Origin: Chitinophagaceae bacterium | GTDB lineage: Bacteria > Bacteroidota > Bacteroidia > Chitinophagales > Chitinophagaceae | Length of the DNA stretch: 64,000 nt | NCBI GenBank assembly: GCA_947453295.1 | Contig: CANGGD010000001.1 | Location: 25,615 to 89,614, forward strand | Direction: 5' to 3' | Shown here: positions 20,235-31,077 of the stretch, piece by piece | How the letters are laid out: every line of letters begins with the position of its first letter | Numbering within the stretch: position 1 is the first letter of the stretch | The notes under the pieces: model-generated | Told to the model about the DNA's origin: nothing | Databases searched by the model: none | What the model saw: only the letters and a program-made list of their open reading frames with translations | Position numbers and translations under genes: made by a program

Positions 20235-23075
20235 TTATTTACTCAAATGCATACTTCGCTCTTTGTACAATTGACGGAAGTAAGGATCGCGTAAATCTTT
20301 TATAAAGCGAATAGCTTCGCCAGTACTTTTCATTTCGGGACCAAGCTCTTTATTTACACCTGGAAATTTATTAAAAGAAAAAACAGGTTCTTTTATCGCA
20401 AAGCCTTTTAAGTTCTTATTGAATTTAAAGTCTTTCAATTTAGCTTCTCCCATCATCACCTTTGTTGCAATGTTTAAATATGGAATTTGATAAGCTTTGG
20501 CAATAAAAGGAGTTGTTCTAGATGCTCTTGGATTAGCTTCAATTACATAAACGTTCCCATCTTTAATCGCAAACTGAATATTGATAAGGCCTAAGATATT
20601 TAATGAGCGCGCAATTTTTTCTGCGTACTCTTCCATTGTTTGAACAATTAAAGGACTCAAATTAAATTGTGGTAAAACCGCATTGCTATCACCACTATGA
20701 ATACCCGCAGGTTCAATGTGTTCCATCAAACCCATTATATGAAAATCGGTTCCATCAAAAATGCCATCAATTTCTGCTTCCTGACATCTATCCAAAAAAT
20801 GATCAATCAAAATTTTATTGCCGGGTAAATGTTTCAATAAACTTAAAACCCCTTTTTCCAATTCTTCGTCGTTTAAAACAATGCGCATTCTTTGTCCTCC
20901 TAAAACATAACTCGGTCTTACTAAAACAGGATAACCAACTTCTTTGGCCACTTCAATAGCATCATCTGTATTAAATGCAGTGCCGTATTTTGGATACGGA
21001 ATTCCCAATGCTTTTAAGGTATCACTGAATCTACCTCTATCTTCAGCAATGTCCATGTTGTCAAAAGAAGTTCCAATTATTTTTATTCCTTTTTCATGTA
21101 ATCTTTTGGCAAGCTTCAAGGCTGTTTGTCCGCCTAATTGCACAATTACACCAACTGGTTTTTCGTGTTCAATAATCTCCCAGATATGCTCCCAGAATAC
21201 AGGTTCAAAATATAATTTATCGGCTATGTCAAAATCTGTTGATACGGTTTCAGGATTGCAATTAACCATTATTGCTTCATAACCACACTCCTTAATCGCA
21301 AGCAAGCCGTGAACGCAACAATAATCAAATTCAATTCCTTGGCCAATTCTATTGGGGCCGCTTCCAAGCACAATTATTTTCTTTTTATCTGATGAAATAG
21401 ATTCATTAGAAATTAAATTTCCTTGTGTAGAAGTATTTTCAAAAGTAGAATAGAAATAAGGTGTCTTAGCCATAAACTCTGCACTGCAAGTATCAACCAT
21501 TTTGAATACTCTGGTTAATCCCAGTGCTTTTCTTCTTTCATAAATGGCTTCACTATTTTCTTCGCGCATGATACGCGAAATTTGTTCATCACTAAATCCT
21601 AAAAGCTTGGCTTCCTTTAATACATCATCGGTCAAAGATTTAAAATCAAATTGGGCTATTTGCTTTTCGCACTCACAAATTTTTTGAATTTGATAAATAA
21701 ACCAACGATCAATCATTGTTTTTTCGCAAATGCTTTTTACGCTTGCGCCAGCCATTAATGCATCTTTTATTCTGAATAGCCTGTCCCACTTAGGTATTTT
21801 AATGTACTCAAGTAATTCATCTGTATGCATTAAACTTTTTCCATAATACCCTAAACCAACAGCTTCGTTTTCCAGGCTTTGACAAGCCTTTTGAATGGCC
21901 TCAGCAAAACTTCTTCCTATTCCCATTACTTCTCCCACACTTTTCATTTGAAATCCGAGTGTGTCATTAGCTCCTTTAAACTTATCAAAATTCCAGCGAG
22001 GTATTTTTACAATCACATAATCTAAAGCGGGCTCAAAATAAGCAGAGGTAGATTGAGTAATTTGATTTTGTAATTCATCTAAATTATAGCCTAATGCTAA
22101 TTTAGCGGCGATTTTCGCAATAGGGTAACCAGTAGCCTTACTCGCTAATGCAGATGAACGAGAAACCCTTGGGTTGATTTCAACTACAATAATTTCTTCT
22201 GTTTGAGGATTTAAGGCAAACTGCACATTGCAACCGCCTGCAAAATTTCCAAGATTACGCATCATGTTGATGGCTGTGTTCCGCATCAATTGAAAGGCAG
22301 TATCTGAAAGCGTCATGGCAGGTGCCACCGTAATACTATCGCCGGTATGAACACCCATTGGATCAAAATTCTCCACTGTACAAATGATTGCCACATTATC
22401 AGCATTATCTCTTAACAGCTCTAACTCAAATTCCTTCCAACCCAACACTGCTTTTTCTACCAGTACTTCATGTATAGGGGAAGCGGTTAAACCATTGTTT
22501 AATGCTTCATCCAAATCTTCTTTTTTAAATACAATTCCACCGCCCGTTCCGCCCAATGTGAAGGAAGGGCGAATCACTAAAGGGAATCCTATTTCCTGCG
22601 CAAACTCTTTTCCTTCTAAAAACGAATTGGCAATTCTAGCAGGGCAAACAGGAATATTCATTTCAATCATCCATTGTCTAAACTTTTCTCTGTCTTCAGC
22701 TTTATCTATCGCTTTTATATCAACTCCAATTAATTTAACGTTATACTTTTCCCAAATTCCCAATTCATCTACTTCTTTACAAAGATTGAGCGCTGTTTGT
22801 CCGCCCATTGTAGGCAACACCGCATCAATTTGATTTTCTTCTAAAATTTGTTCAATGCTTTCAACGGTAAGCGGCAATAAATAAACCTTATCCGCCATCA
22901 TTGGATCGGTCATTATTGTTGCCGGATTGCTATTAATTAATATCACTTTTACCCCTTCCTCTCTAATGCTTCTAGCTGCTTGAGTGCCGCTATAATCGAA
23001 TTCGCAAGCTTGACCGATAATAATTGGACCGCTTCCGATAATTAATACTGACTGAATGGAATTGTTTTTTGGCAT
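20235..23075 (-). CDS. carB: carbamoyl-phosphate synthase large subunit
   Basis: IGSGPIIIGQACEFDYSG, NPRVSRSSALASKATGYPIAK, RPSYVLGG, PEMKSTGE; two ATP-grasp halves; no C-terminal MGS domain. Confidence 0.98.
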   Translation of the reverse strand: MPKNNSIQSVLIIGSGPIIIGQACEFDYSGTQAARSIREEGVKVILINSNPATIMTDPMMADKVYLLPLTVESIEQILEENQIDAVLPTMGGQTALNLCKEVDELGIWEKYNVKLIGVDIKAIDKAEDREKFRQWMIEMNIPVCPARIANSFLEGKEFAQEIGFPLVIRPSFTLGGTGGGIVFKKEDLDEALNNGLTASPIHEVLVEKAVLGWKEFELELLRDNADNVAIICTVENFDPMGVHTGDSITVAPAMTLSDTAFQLMRNTAINMMRNLGNFAGGCNVQFALNPQTEEIIVVEINPRVSRSSALASKATGYPIAKIAAKLALGYNLDELQNQITQSTSAYFEPALDYVIVKIPRWNFDKFKGANDTLGFQMKSVGEVMGIGRSFAEAIQKACQSLENEAVGLGYYGKSLMHTDELLEYIKIPKWDRLFRIKDALMAGASVKSICEKTMIDRWFIYQIQKICECEKQIAQFDFKSLTDDVLKEAKLLGFSDEQISRIMREENSEAIYERRKALGLTRVFKMVDTCSAEFMAKTPYFYSTFENTSTQGNLISNESISSDKKKIIVLGSGPNRIGQGIEFDYCCVHGLLAIKECGYEAIMVNCNPETVSTDFDIADKLYFEPVFWEHIWEIIEHEKPVGVIVQLGGQTALKLAKRLHEKGIKIIGTSFDNMDIAEDRGRFSDTLKALGIPYPKYGTAFNTDDAIEVAKEVGYPVLVRPSYVLGGQRMRIVLNDEELEKGVLSLLKHLPGNKILIDHFLDRCQEAEIDGIFDGTDFHIMGLMEHIEPAGIHSGDSNAVLPQFNLSPLIVQTMEEYAEKIARSLNILGLINIQFAIKDGNVYVIEANPRASRTTPFIAKAYQIPYLNIATKVMMGEAKLKDFKFNKNLKGFAIKEPVFSFNKFPGVNKELGPEMKSTGEAIRFIKDLRDPYFRQLYKERSMHLSK

Positions 23076-23101
23076 AGAAAAATTGCCTCTTGAATGGCAT
23101 G

Positions 23102-23133
23102 CAAAACTAATTGGAAATGAAATCTTTCACAAA
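23102..23133 (-). promoter_or_regulatory. Bacteroidota promoter for the carB-comEC-purH-eamA run
   Basis: Minus strand TTTG (23130-23133), 20-nt spacer, TAGTTTTG (23102-23109). Confidence 0.7.
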
Positions 23134-23210
23134 TAAATTTAAAGAATAAGATGGTTTTCATTTGCAAAGCCAGCAGTTGATCAAGTTTTAATTTAAAGTA
23201 CAATTAGAAT

Positions 23211-23218
23211 TATCTTTG
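23211..23218 (+). promoter_or_regulatory. -7 element for the M23 peptidase/bcp genes
   Basis: TATCTTTG 8 nt before the start codon. Confidence 0.55.
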
Positions 23219-23226
23219 ATGACAAG

Positions 23227-24924
23227 ATGATGAAAAAAGAAATTTTCTTAATTATTTTATTAGTTGGATCAAAGATTAATATCGCATCTGCTCAATTATT
23301 CGCACCAAAAAACTATCCTCAACATTATTTTGAATGGCCTGTAGCTATAACCCCAGGCATTGTGGCAAACTTTGGCGAACTCAGACCCAATCACTACCAT
23401 ATGGGGCTAGATTGCAGAACTGACTCCAAAGAAAACTTGCCTGTCTTAGCCGCAGCAGATGGATATATAGCAAGAATCAATATTGATCCTACAGGATTTG
23501 GGAGAGCAATTTATATTAATCATCCCAACGGCTTAACCACTTTATATGCTCATTTAAATGATTTTTATCCTGCATTGGAACAATATGTTGTTGCACAACA
23601 ATACAAATTAAAAAAATGGAAAGTTTCAATTGATATTCCAGCTGGTCTTTTCAATGTAAAAAAAGGGGATTTTATTGCTTACAGTGGAAATACCGGAGGC
23701 TCCCAAGGACCGCATTTGCATTTCGAAATTAGAGATACAAAATCTGAAAAAGTTCTAAACCCTTTTCTATTTGGATTTCCTATTATCGATAATATTGCGC
23801 CCGATATTTTAAGATTGACTGTTTACGACAGAAGATTAAGCACTTACGAACAAGCTCCCAAAATTTATCCTCTAAAAAAAATAAATGGCGTTTACCAGCC
23901 TTTAGGCGGAAACATAATTGTAAACTCCGACAAAGTAAGTTTCGCAATTTCTGCATTCGACAAATACACAGGATCTACCAATCAAAACGGAATTTTTAGC
24001 TGCGAATTAATTTGTGATGAAAAGCCAATTATTGGATTTGAAATGGATAGCATCAGTTATGATGAAACAAGATATTTAAATGCGCATATTGATTTTAGAA
24101 CAAAAGCGCACGGTGGTGTCTTTTTACAACATCTATCAAAACTTCCTGGCTACTCAAATGGTATTTATCATTCAATAAAAAATGAAGATGGTGTTCTATC
24201 CTTGGCAGAAAACCAATCCAAACAAATAAAAATTATTGTGGCCGATGCCAATGAAAACAAGTCCTTTGTTTCTTTTAATCTAATGACGAAGAATATTATT
24301 CAACCGCCCGTAAACAAAAAAGAAATAATTTTCGAGCCGAATGAAATCAATGTTTTTGAAAACGAAAACACTATTTTTTATTTGCCGGAAAATGGGATAT
24401 ATGATTTTTTTCACTTCAGTTTTCAATCTATTGGGCCACAACATATAAAACTTGAAAATGATGATATTCCCGTTCATTGCTATTTTCCTGTTAGGATGAA
24501 GGCGGCTTTTAATATAGCAGATACTGGTAAAATCGTGATGAAGCAAACAACCAAAAGTAAAATCAGATATAAAAAAGCAACCTTTGAAAACAATTGGTAT
24601 AAAGCCTCCTTCCGAGATTTTGGCGATTACGAATTACTAATTGACAACATTCCTCCTAGCGTTACACCCTTATGGGGTTTTAAAGAAAATGCATCAGTTA
24701 GCCATGTTAATAAAATTGCGTTTTCGGTTAGCGACAACATAAACGAAATTCAATCTTTCGAAGGATTTATTGATGGACAATGGATATTATTTAGTAACGA
24801 TAAGTTGAAAAGTTTTATTTATAAAATAGATCAATACTGTGCTCCGGGCGAACATTTATTAATGTTAATTGTTACAGATTTGGCCGGCAATGTGACTATA
24901 AAAAATTATCATTTCACTCGATAA
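23227..24924 (+). CDS. M23 family metallopeptidase
   Basis: Signal peptide IASA|QL; FGELR.NH.HMGLD (HxxxD), YAHL, SGNTGGS.GPHLHFE (HxH). Confidence 0.9.
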   Translation: MMKKEIFLIILLVGSKINIASAQLFAPKNYPQHYFEWPVAITPGIVANFGELRPNHYHMGLDCRTDSKENLPVLAAADGYIARINIDPTGFGRAIYINHPNGLTTLYAHLNDFYPALEQYVVAQQYKLKKWKVSIDIPAGLFNVKKGDFIAYSGNTGGSQGPHLHFEIRDTKSEKVLNPFLFGFPIIDNIAPDILRLTVYDRRLSTYEQAPKIYPLKKINGVYQPLGGNIIVNSDKVSFAISAFDKYTGSTNQNGIFSCELICDEKPIIGFEMDSISYDETRYLNAHIDFRTKAHGGVFLQHLSKLPGYSNGIYHSIKNEDGVLSLAENQSKQIKIIVADANENKSFVSFNLMTKNIIQPPVNKKEIIFEPNEINVFENENTIFYLPENGIYDFFHFSFQSIGPQHIKLENDDIPVHCYFPVRMKAAFNIADTGKIVMKQTTKSKIRYKKATFENNWYKASFRDFGDYELLIDNIPPSVTPLWGFKENASVSHVNKIAFSVSDNINEIQSFEGFIDGQWILFSNDKLKSFIYKIDQYCAPGEHLLMLIVTDLAGNVTIKNYHFTR

Positions 24925-24934
24925 AAATAATTAA

Positions 24935-25396
24935 ATGGCAAGTTTAAAAGAAGGTGGAAAAGCCCCTGCATTCAAAGGAAAAAATCAAGATGGAAAATTG
25001 ATTTCATTAGCAGATTTTAAAGGAAAAAATGTAGTACTCTATTTTTATCCTCAAGATGATACGCCGACATGCACCACACAAGCTTGTAATTTAAGAGACA
25101 ATTATGGTTTATTAAAAAATCATGGGTTTGAAGTAATTGGTATAAGTCCGGACGAAGTGGCAAAACATAAAAAATTCGAAAATAAACACGATTTGCCTTT
25201 TACCTTAATTGCAGATCCTGAACTTTCAATCATTGAAAAATATGGTGTTTGGGGCGAAAAAAGTATGTATGGAAAAAAATATATGGGTCTGCTTAGAACC
25301 ACTTTTATTATTGATGATAAAGGAATAATTAAGCATATTATCTCTAAACCAAAAGCAAAAAGCCATACTGAAGAAATTTTAGCGCTTTGGGCATAG
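24935..25396 (+). CDS. bcp: thioredoxin-dependent thiol peroxidase (BCP/PrxQ)
   Basis: VLYFYPQDDTPTCTTQAC peroxidatic motif; RTTFIID. Confidence 0.93.
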   Translation: MASLKEGGKAPAFKGKNQDGKLISLADFKGKNVVLYFYPQDDTPTCTTQACNLRDNYGLLKNHGFEVIGISPDEVAKHKKFENKHDLPFTLIADPELSIIEKYGVWGEKSMYGKKYMGLLRTTFIIDDKGIIKHIISKPKAKSHTEEILALWA

Positions 25397-25414
25397 TTTC
25401 ATATCGAATTTACT

Positions 25415-25446
25415 ATTGATTTCTTGCAAATAACTATCTATCTTTG
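25415..25446 (+). promoter_or_regulatory. promoter for the DUF4290 gene
   Basis: ATTG (25415-25418), 20-nt spacer, TATCTTTG (25439-25446); supports the start at 25469. Confidence 0.6.
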
Positions 25447-25468
25447 AAGAATGCTTAATGTAGAGAAT

Positions 25469-26212
25469 ATGGATTACAATACTACTAGAAATCATTTAAT
25501 CATGAAGGAATATGGCAGACATATTCAACGGATGGTAGAGTATTTATTACAAATCGAAGACAAAGAAACCAGACAAAGAAATGCAAATGCAGTTATTGAA
25601 TTAATGGGTTTCTTAAATCCTCATTTAAAAAACGTAGATGATTTTCGCCATAAATTATGGGATCATCTTTTTTTGATAAGCGATTTTACACTTGATGTAG
25701 AAAGCCCTTATCCTATTCCTACAAGAGAAACCTTAAAAGCAAGACCAGAAAGACTTCGCTATCCTAAAAAGCATCCGCGCTTCAATCACTTAGGAAAAAA
25801 TATTGAGTTTGTAATTGATAAAGCATTAAAAGAAGAGAATCCGGAAAAGAAACAAGGTTTCGCCAATTCAATTGCCTATTATATGAAACTAACTTATAGC
25901 AATTGGCATAAAGAATTGGTTCACGATGATAATATTCAATCAGAATTAAGTACCATTACAAATGGCGAGCTAGAGTTCAATAATAGGCCTTTTGTAAAAC
26001 ACCGCAATGATAACAGAACGGAAGAATATCCTTCAAATGGTGGAAGAAATCAATACAGACAAAACTTTGGAAGCAGAGATAACAGAGGCGGTGGAAGAGA
26101 CAATAGAGGTGGTGGCGGTGGAAGAGATAATAGAGGAGGTGGTGGTAGAGACAACAGAGATGGCGGTAGAGACAATCGCAATAATAACCGCAACTTCAAA
26201 AAAAGATATTAA
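25469..26212 (+). CDS. DUF4290 domain protein with RGG-rich C-terminal tail
   Basis: MDYNT.R..L...EYGR.IQ.M, KLWDHL, YP.P, YM..Y.NW pattern; ATG at 25469 preferred. Confidence 0.85.
   Translation: MDYNTTRNHLIMKEYGRHIQRMVEYLLQIEDKETRQRNANAVIELMGFLNPHLKNVDDFRHKLWDHLFLISDFTLDVESPYPIPTRETLKARPERLRYPKKHPRFNHLGKNIEFVIDKALKEENPEKKQGFANSIAYYMKLTYSNWHKELVHDDNIQSELSTITNGELEFNNRPFVKHRNDNRTEEYPSNGGRNQYRQNFGSRDNRGGGRDNRGGGGGRDNRGGGGRDNRDGGRDNRNNNRNFKKRY
26075..26180 (+). repeat. five degenerate RDNR(G)n coding repeats
   Basis: RDNRGGG-RDNRGGGGG-RDNRGGGG-RDNRDGG-RDNR with synonymous codon differences between units. Confidence 0.85.
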
Positions 26213-26223
26213 TCTCGGTTATT

Positions 26224-26967
26224 TTACAATTTGATAGTTGGACTTTGAATATCGTGATAGAATAGCATTGTCCAATGCTGAATGTTCCCTTTTTCCCACC
26301 AGTTCATTCTAAATTGCATGCTTTTTTTTGCGTCAAAATCATACTTAGCCACAAATTTACTTTTCATTTGTCTGAGTTGAGGCGCTTCATCAGCTCCAAA
26401 AAAAACAGTTTCTCCATTTTCTTCAATCCAAAACACCACATGAAAAGGCGAGTGTCCGCCGGTTAATTCATAGGTGATGTAATCATCAATTTTTCCTTCG
26501 CCATCAATCAAAACAACATTATCGGAATGATACAGTGCGCTTAGCTTTTCAGGTAAATAGGAAGCATTATTTCCTTTCATTGCAAAGGCTAATTCCTCTT
26601 TGTTTACATAATATTTAGCATTGGGAAAGCTCAAAAATGAACGATCTAAAATTTCATCTCTTTTGCCAATTCCTCCAGCATGATCTTTGTGCAAATGACT
26701 TAGCAACACTTTTGTTACTTGCAAAGGCTCAATTCCAATATCTATTAGATTTTGATGGATTTGTAAAATGCCGTTGGAGTTTGAATATCCTAATCCACAA
26801 TCCAACACAATAATATTGTTTTGTGTAACAACAACAAAAGGCTGTATTTCTACCAGCAAGCTCCCTGTAGTGCGTTTTTGTAAATCGTCTGTATCCTGAT
26901 TAAATGGAATAAATTCTTTGGTTTGATCTATGGTAAAACTGCCTTCGCTCAACGGAAATATCTTCAT
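26224..26967 (-). CDS. MBL-fold metallo-hydrolase (YtnP-like)
   Basis: LDCGLG, SHLHKDHAGG (HxHxDH), GGHSPFH, GADEAP, YHD. Confidence 0.85.
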   Translation of the reverse strand: MKIFPLSEGSFTIDQTKEFIPFNQDTDDLQKRTTGSLLVEIQPFVVVTQNNIIVLDCGLGYSNSNGILQIHQNLIDIGIEPLQVTKVLLSHLHKDHAGGIGKRDEILDRSFLSFPNAKYYVNKEELAFAMKGNNASYLPEKLSALYHSDNVVLIDGEGKIDDYITYELTGGHSPFHVVFWIEENGETVFFGADEAPQLRQMKSKFVAKYDFDAKKSMQFRMNWWEKGNIQHWTMLFYHDIQSPTIKL

Positions 26968-27080
26968 GCTTGTAGGTGTTGAAATAATGCCGCAAAGCTA
27001 TTTAACTTATGATCAAATTTTTATTAAATGCCAATTTTATTTATTTAAATGTAAATTGCCTAACTCATTTTGTTAGTCAT

Positions 27081-27899
27081 ATGTCTATTTATTTTGCATC
27101 TCTTAATTCTGGAAGTAATGGTAATTGCTATTACATAGGTAATGATGAGGAAGCTGTTTTTATTGATGCTGGTTTATCCTGCAAAGAAACAGAAAAACGG
27201 ATGAAGATGCTGGGGATTTCAATGAAGAAGATTAAAGCTATTTTTATATCACATGAACATATTGATCATGTAAAAGGAGTGGAAGTTTTGGCAAAAAAGT
27301 ATGAGCTGCCGGTATACATTTCTTCTCAAACAAAAGAAAATTGCAGAACTCCCATACCAACAACTCTAATTCAAAACTTGGCTGCCAATTCAACAACACA
27401 AATTGGAAATCTTTCTATTAAATCTTTTTCTAAATTCCATGATGCAAAGGACCCTTGTAGTTTTGTAATAACTAGTGGCAGTTGCCAAGTGGGTGTATTT
27501 ACAGATATTGGGCATGTTTGTGAAAATGTAAGTACCCATTTCAAAGATTGCAATGCCGTTTTTTTGGAAGCAAATTATGATGAGGAAATGCTGGAAAAAG
27601 GGCCTTATCCCTTTCATTTAAAAAAAAGAATAAGTAGTGATGTAGGCCATTTATCAAATAAACAGGCAATGGAACTTTTTGTACAACATCGTTCACCAAA
27701 ACTATCACATTTGTTGCTTTCTCATCTTTCAAAAGAAAATAATAGTCCGGAATTGGCCGCCCATTATTTCAATGCTCACAGCACCCATACAGAAATAATA
27801 GTAGCTTCTAGATATAAACCAACTGAAATCTATAGTATTCATCCCCTTGGTATAAAAAATAAAACGATTAGTCAAAGCAAGCAGCTTCAATTGTTTTAA
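27081..27899 (+). CDS. MBL-fold metallo-hydrolase (WalJ/YycJ-PhnP-like)
   Basis: SGSNGNC, IDAG, SHEHIDH, HDA, TDIG, EANYD, GHLSN, HLSKENN; ATG at 27081 preferred over 27009. Confidence 0.85.
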   Translation: MSIYFASLNSGSNGNCYYIGNDEEAVFIDAGLSCKETEKRMKMLGISMKKIKAIFISHEHIDHVKGVEVLAKKYELPVYISSQTKENCRTPIPTTLIQNLAANSTTQIGNLSIKSFSKFHDAKDPCSFVITSGSCQVGVFTDIGHVCENVSTHFKDCNAVFLEANYDEEMLEKGPYPFHLKKRISSDVGHLSNKQAMELFVQHRSPKLSHLLLSHLSKENNSPELAAHYFNAHSTHTEIIVASRYKPTEIYSIHPLGIKNKTISQSKQLQLF

Positions 27900-27990
27900 T
27901 ACTAGTCAATAATCAACTAAAATTGGCTGAATTTCCATTGTACATATTCTATAAAAAACTGTATTCTTTTTTTAAATTCAGCAGTATGAC

Positions 27991-28018
27991 CTTATCTTTG
28001 CGGCAAAATCAAGATAAG
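27991..28018 (+). promoter_or_regulatory. atpBEFH promoter -7 element within an 8-bp inverted repeat
   Basis: TATCTTTG(C) at 27993-28000; arms CTTATCTT (27991-27998) and AAGATAAG (28011-28018). Confidence 0.65.
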
Positions 28019-28020
28019 CT

Positions 28021-29441
<1,421 letters not shown>

Positions 29442-29453
29442 TTGCACAAACTT

Positions 29454-29500
29454 ATTACTGCATTCAATGCACAGGGCAAAGGATGCAGTAATCTTTTTTT
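29454..29500 (+). terminator. atpE-atpF intercistronic hairpin with U-tract (partial terminator or stabiliser)
   Basis: ATTACTGCATTC (29454-29465) / GGATGCAGTAAT (29481-29492), then CTTTTTTT. Confidence 0.7.
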
Positions 29501-29529
29501 AATTTTTAACTTACCATAATAGTTTTATC

Positions 29530-30024
29530 ATGAGTTTATTATTACCGCATTTAGGATTGATTTTTTGGACATTATTAGCTTTTTTAATTGTATTCTTTAT
29601 CTTAAAGAAATTCGCTTGGAAACAAATTATTTCTGGATTAAATGAGCGCGAAAGCAATATTGCAGATGCTATTGCAAGCGCTGAAAAAGTAAAGAAAGAA
29701 ATGACTCAGTTAAAATCTGATAACGAAGCTTTGTTGCAATCAGCAAGAGAAGAAAGAGCTCTTCTTCTAAAAGAAGCAAAAGATATTAAAGACAAAATGA
29801 TAAATGATGCTAAAGAAGAAGCAAAAAATCAAGCAACTAAAATCATAGCAGATGCTAATGCCTCTATTCACCATCAGAAAATGGCTGCATTAACAGACAT
29901 TAAAAATCAAGTTGGCAAAATGGTTGTAGAAGTAAGCGAAAAAATATTAAGAAGAGAGTTAGCCGATAAAGCACAACAAGAAACTTATATCAGCCAATTA
30001 GCTGAAGAAATAAAAATGAACTAA
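29530..30024 (+). CDS. atpF: Fo ATP synthase subunit b
   Basis: N-terminal TM (GLIFW...FLIVFFILKKFAW), ERE..I, long coiled coil; operon position. Confidence 0.95.
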   Translation: MSLLLPHLGLIFWTLLAFLIVFFILKKFAWKQIISGLNERESNIADAIASAEKVKKEMTQLKSDNEALLQSAREERALLLKEAKDIKDKMINDAKEEAKNQATKIIADANASIHHQKMAALTDIKNQVGKMVVEVSEKILRRELADKAQQETYISQLAEEIKMN

Positions 30025-30042
30025 GTCATAAAAGATATTTAA

Positions 30043-30606
30043 ATGATCAACCCAAGATTAGCAGGCCGTTACGCAAAAAGTTTACTTGATTTGGCAATTG
30101 AACAAAATCAATTGGAATTAATTTATGCCGACATGAAAAATCTGTCTGCTTTATGCAAATCAAATCCAGATTTTGTAAACATGCTTAAAAGTCCAATCAT
30201 CAAAGCAAACGTGAAAATAAATATCATGGAAGCTGTTTTGGTTGATAAGGTAACTGCATTAACAGCTGCATTTTTAAAATTATTAGTCAACAAAACAAGA
30301 GAGTATTCTTTACCAGAAATCATAAAAGCGTTTTTAGAGCAGTATAATACTTTAAATAATATTCATGCTGTAAAATTAACTACTGCATCACCTATTAGTG
30401 AAGCGCTTCAACAAACGATCATCAATAAATTAAAGAAAGCTACATCAATTGAAAAGATTGAGTTAGAAGCAACTATTAACGAAGCTTTAATTGGTGGTTT
30501 TACATTAGAAACTAACGGGCAGTTAATTGATGCGAGTATACTTAAAGACTTGAATGATGTGAAAAATCAATTCAAAAACAACGAGTATATTCATTCTTTA
30601 AAATAA
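30043..30606 (+). CDS. atpH: F1 ATP synthase subunit delta
   Basis: RLA.RYAKSL, LKSP.I, LIGGF, DASI motifs; operon position. Confidence 0.95.
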   Translation: MINPRLAGRYAKSLLDLAIEQNQLELIYADMKNLSALCKSNPDFVNMLKSPIIKANVKINIMEAVLVDKVTALTAAFLKLLVNKTREYSLPEIIKAFLEQYNTLNNIHAVKLTTASPISEALQQTIINKLKKATSIEKIELEATINEALIGGFTLETNGQLIDASILKDLNDVKNQFKNNEYIHSLK

Positions 30607-30609
30607 CCG

Positions 30610-31077
30610 TTACCTCCACATAGATTCTCTCAAAATATCTTCAAAGCTGTTTTCAGAAACAAAATAGACCAATCTAATGATGTGGTATATAATCAATAGT
30701 ATACCCATAATAACAGCCAGCTTTTGATTGTAAATTATATTTTTTAAAAATTCTTTTTTAGTAGATATTTCTGCTATCAATAATCCTATTATAAGTATGC
30801 AGGATAAAAAGACAAAAGGACCAAAAATATGATACTGAAAACTATCAATCCAATCGCCTTTATAAATACAAATCATTGATTTAGTTATTCCACAACCTGG
30901 GCATGGAAAACCTGTAAGTAACTTAAACGGACATAGTGATTGTTTATGTAGCCATGCATTAACTGGATTAAGCTGCATAACAAAAAAAGGAAACAACAAT
31001 ACTGCTGCTGCCCCTATGATGCCTACTAATTTTCTGCGGGTATTAATTGTATAGTTTATTGATTTCACCTTGTACAA
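30610..31077 (-). CDS. DUF2752 membrane protein
   Basis: CPFKLLTGFPCPGCGITKS ... S..YH..GP signature plus TM helices. Confidence 0.85.
   Translation of the reverse strand: MYKVKSINYTINTRRKLVGIIGAAAVLLFPFFVMQLNPVNAWLHKQSLCPFKLLTGFPCPGCGITKSMICIYKGDWIDSFQYHIFGPFVFLSCILIIGLLIAEISTKKEFLKNIIYNQKLAVIMGILLIIYHIIRLVYFVSENSFEDILRESMWR

Noticed and set aside
22384-22833. 149-aa antisense ORF in carB, and similar shadow ORFs in tig, rel, M36, atpB (28629-29021), POT and wzc
   Set aside because: All lie fully within strongly supported genes on the other strand or frame, with no motifs, starts or promoters of their own.
26075-26180. Possible CRISPR or DNA tandem array
   Set aside because: Units are short, in frame, synonymous-diverged and have no unique spacers; this is a protein low-complexity repeat, and no cas genes are present.
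26224-27899. Divergent pair of MBL-fold hydrolases as a dedicated system or beta-lactamase
   Set aside because: Both look like ordinary cytoplasmic YtnP-like and WalJ-like families without signal peptides; adjacency alone is weak evidence.
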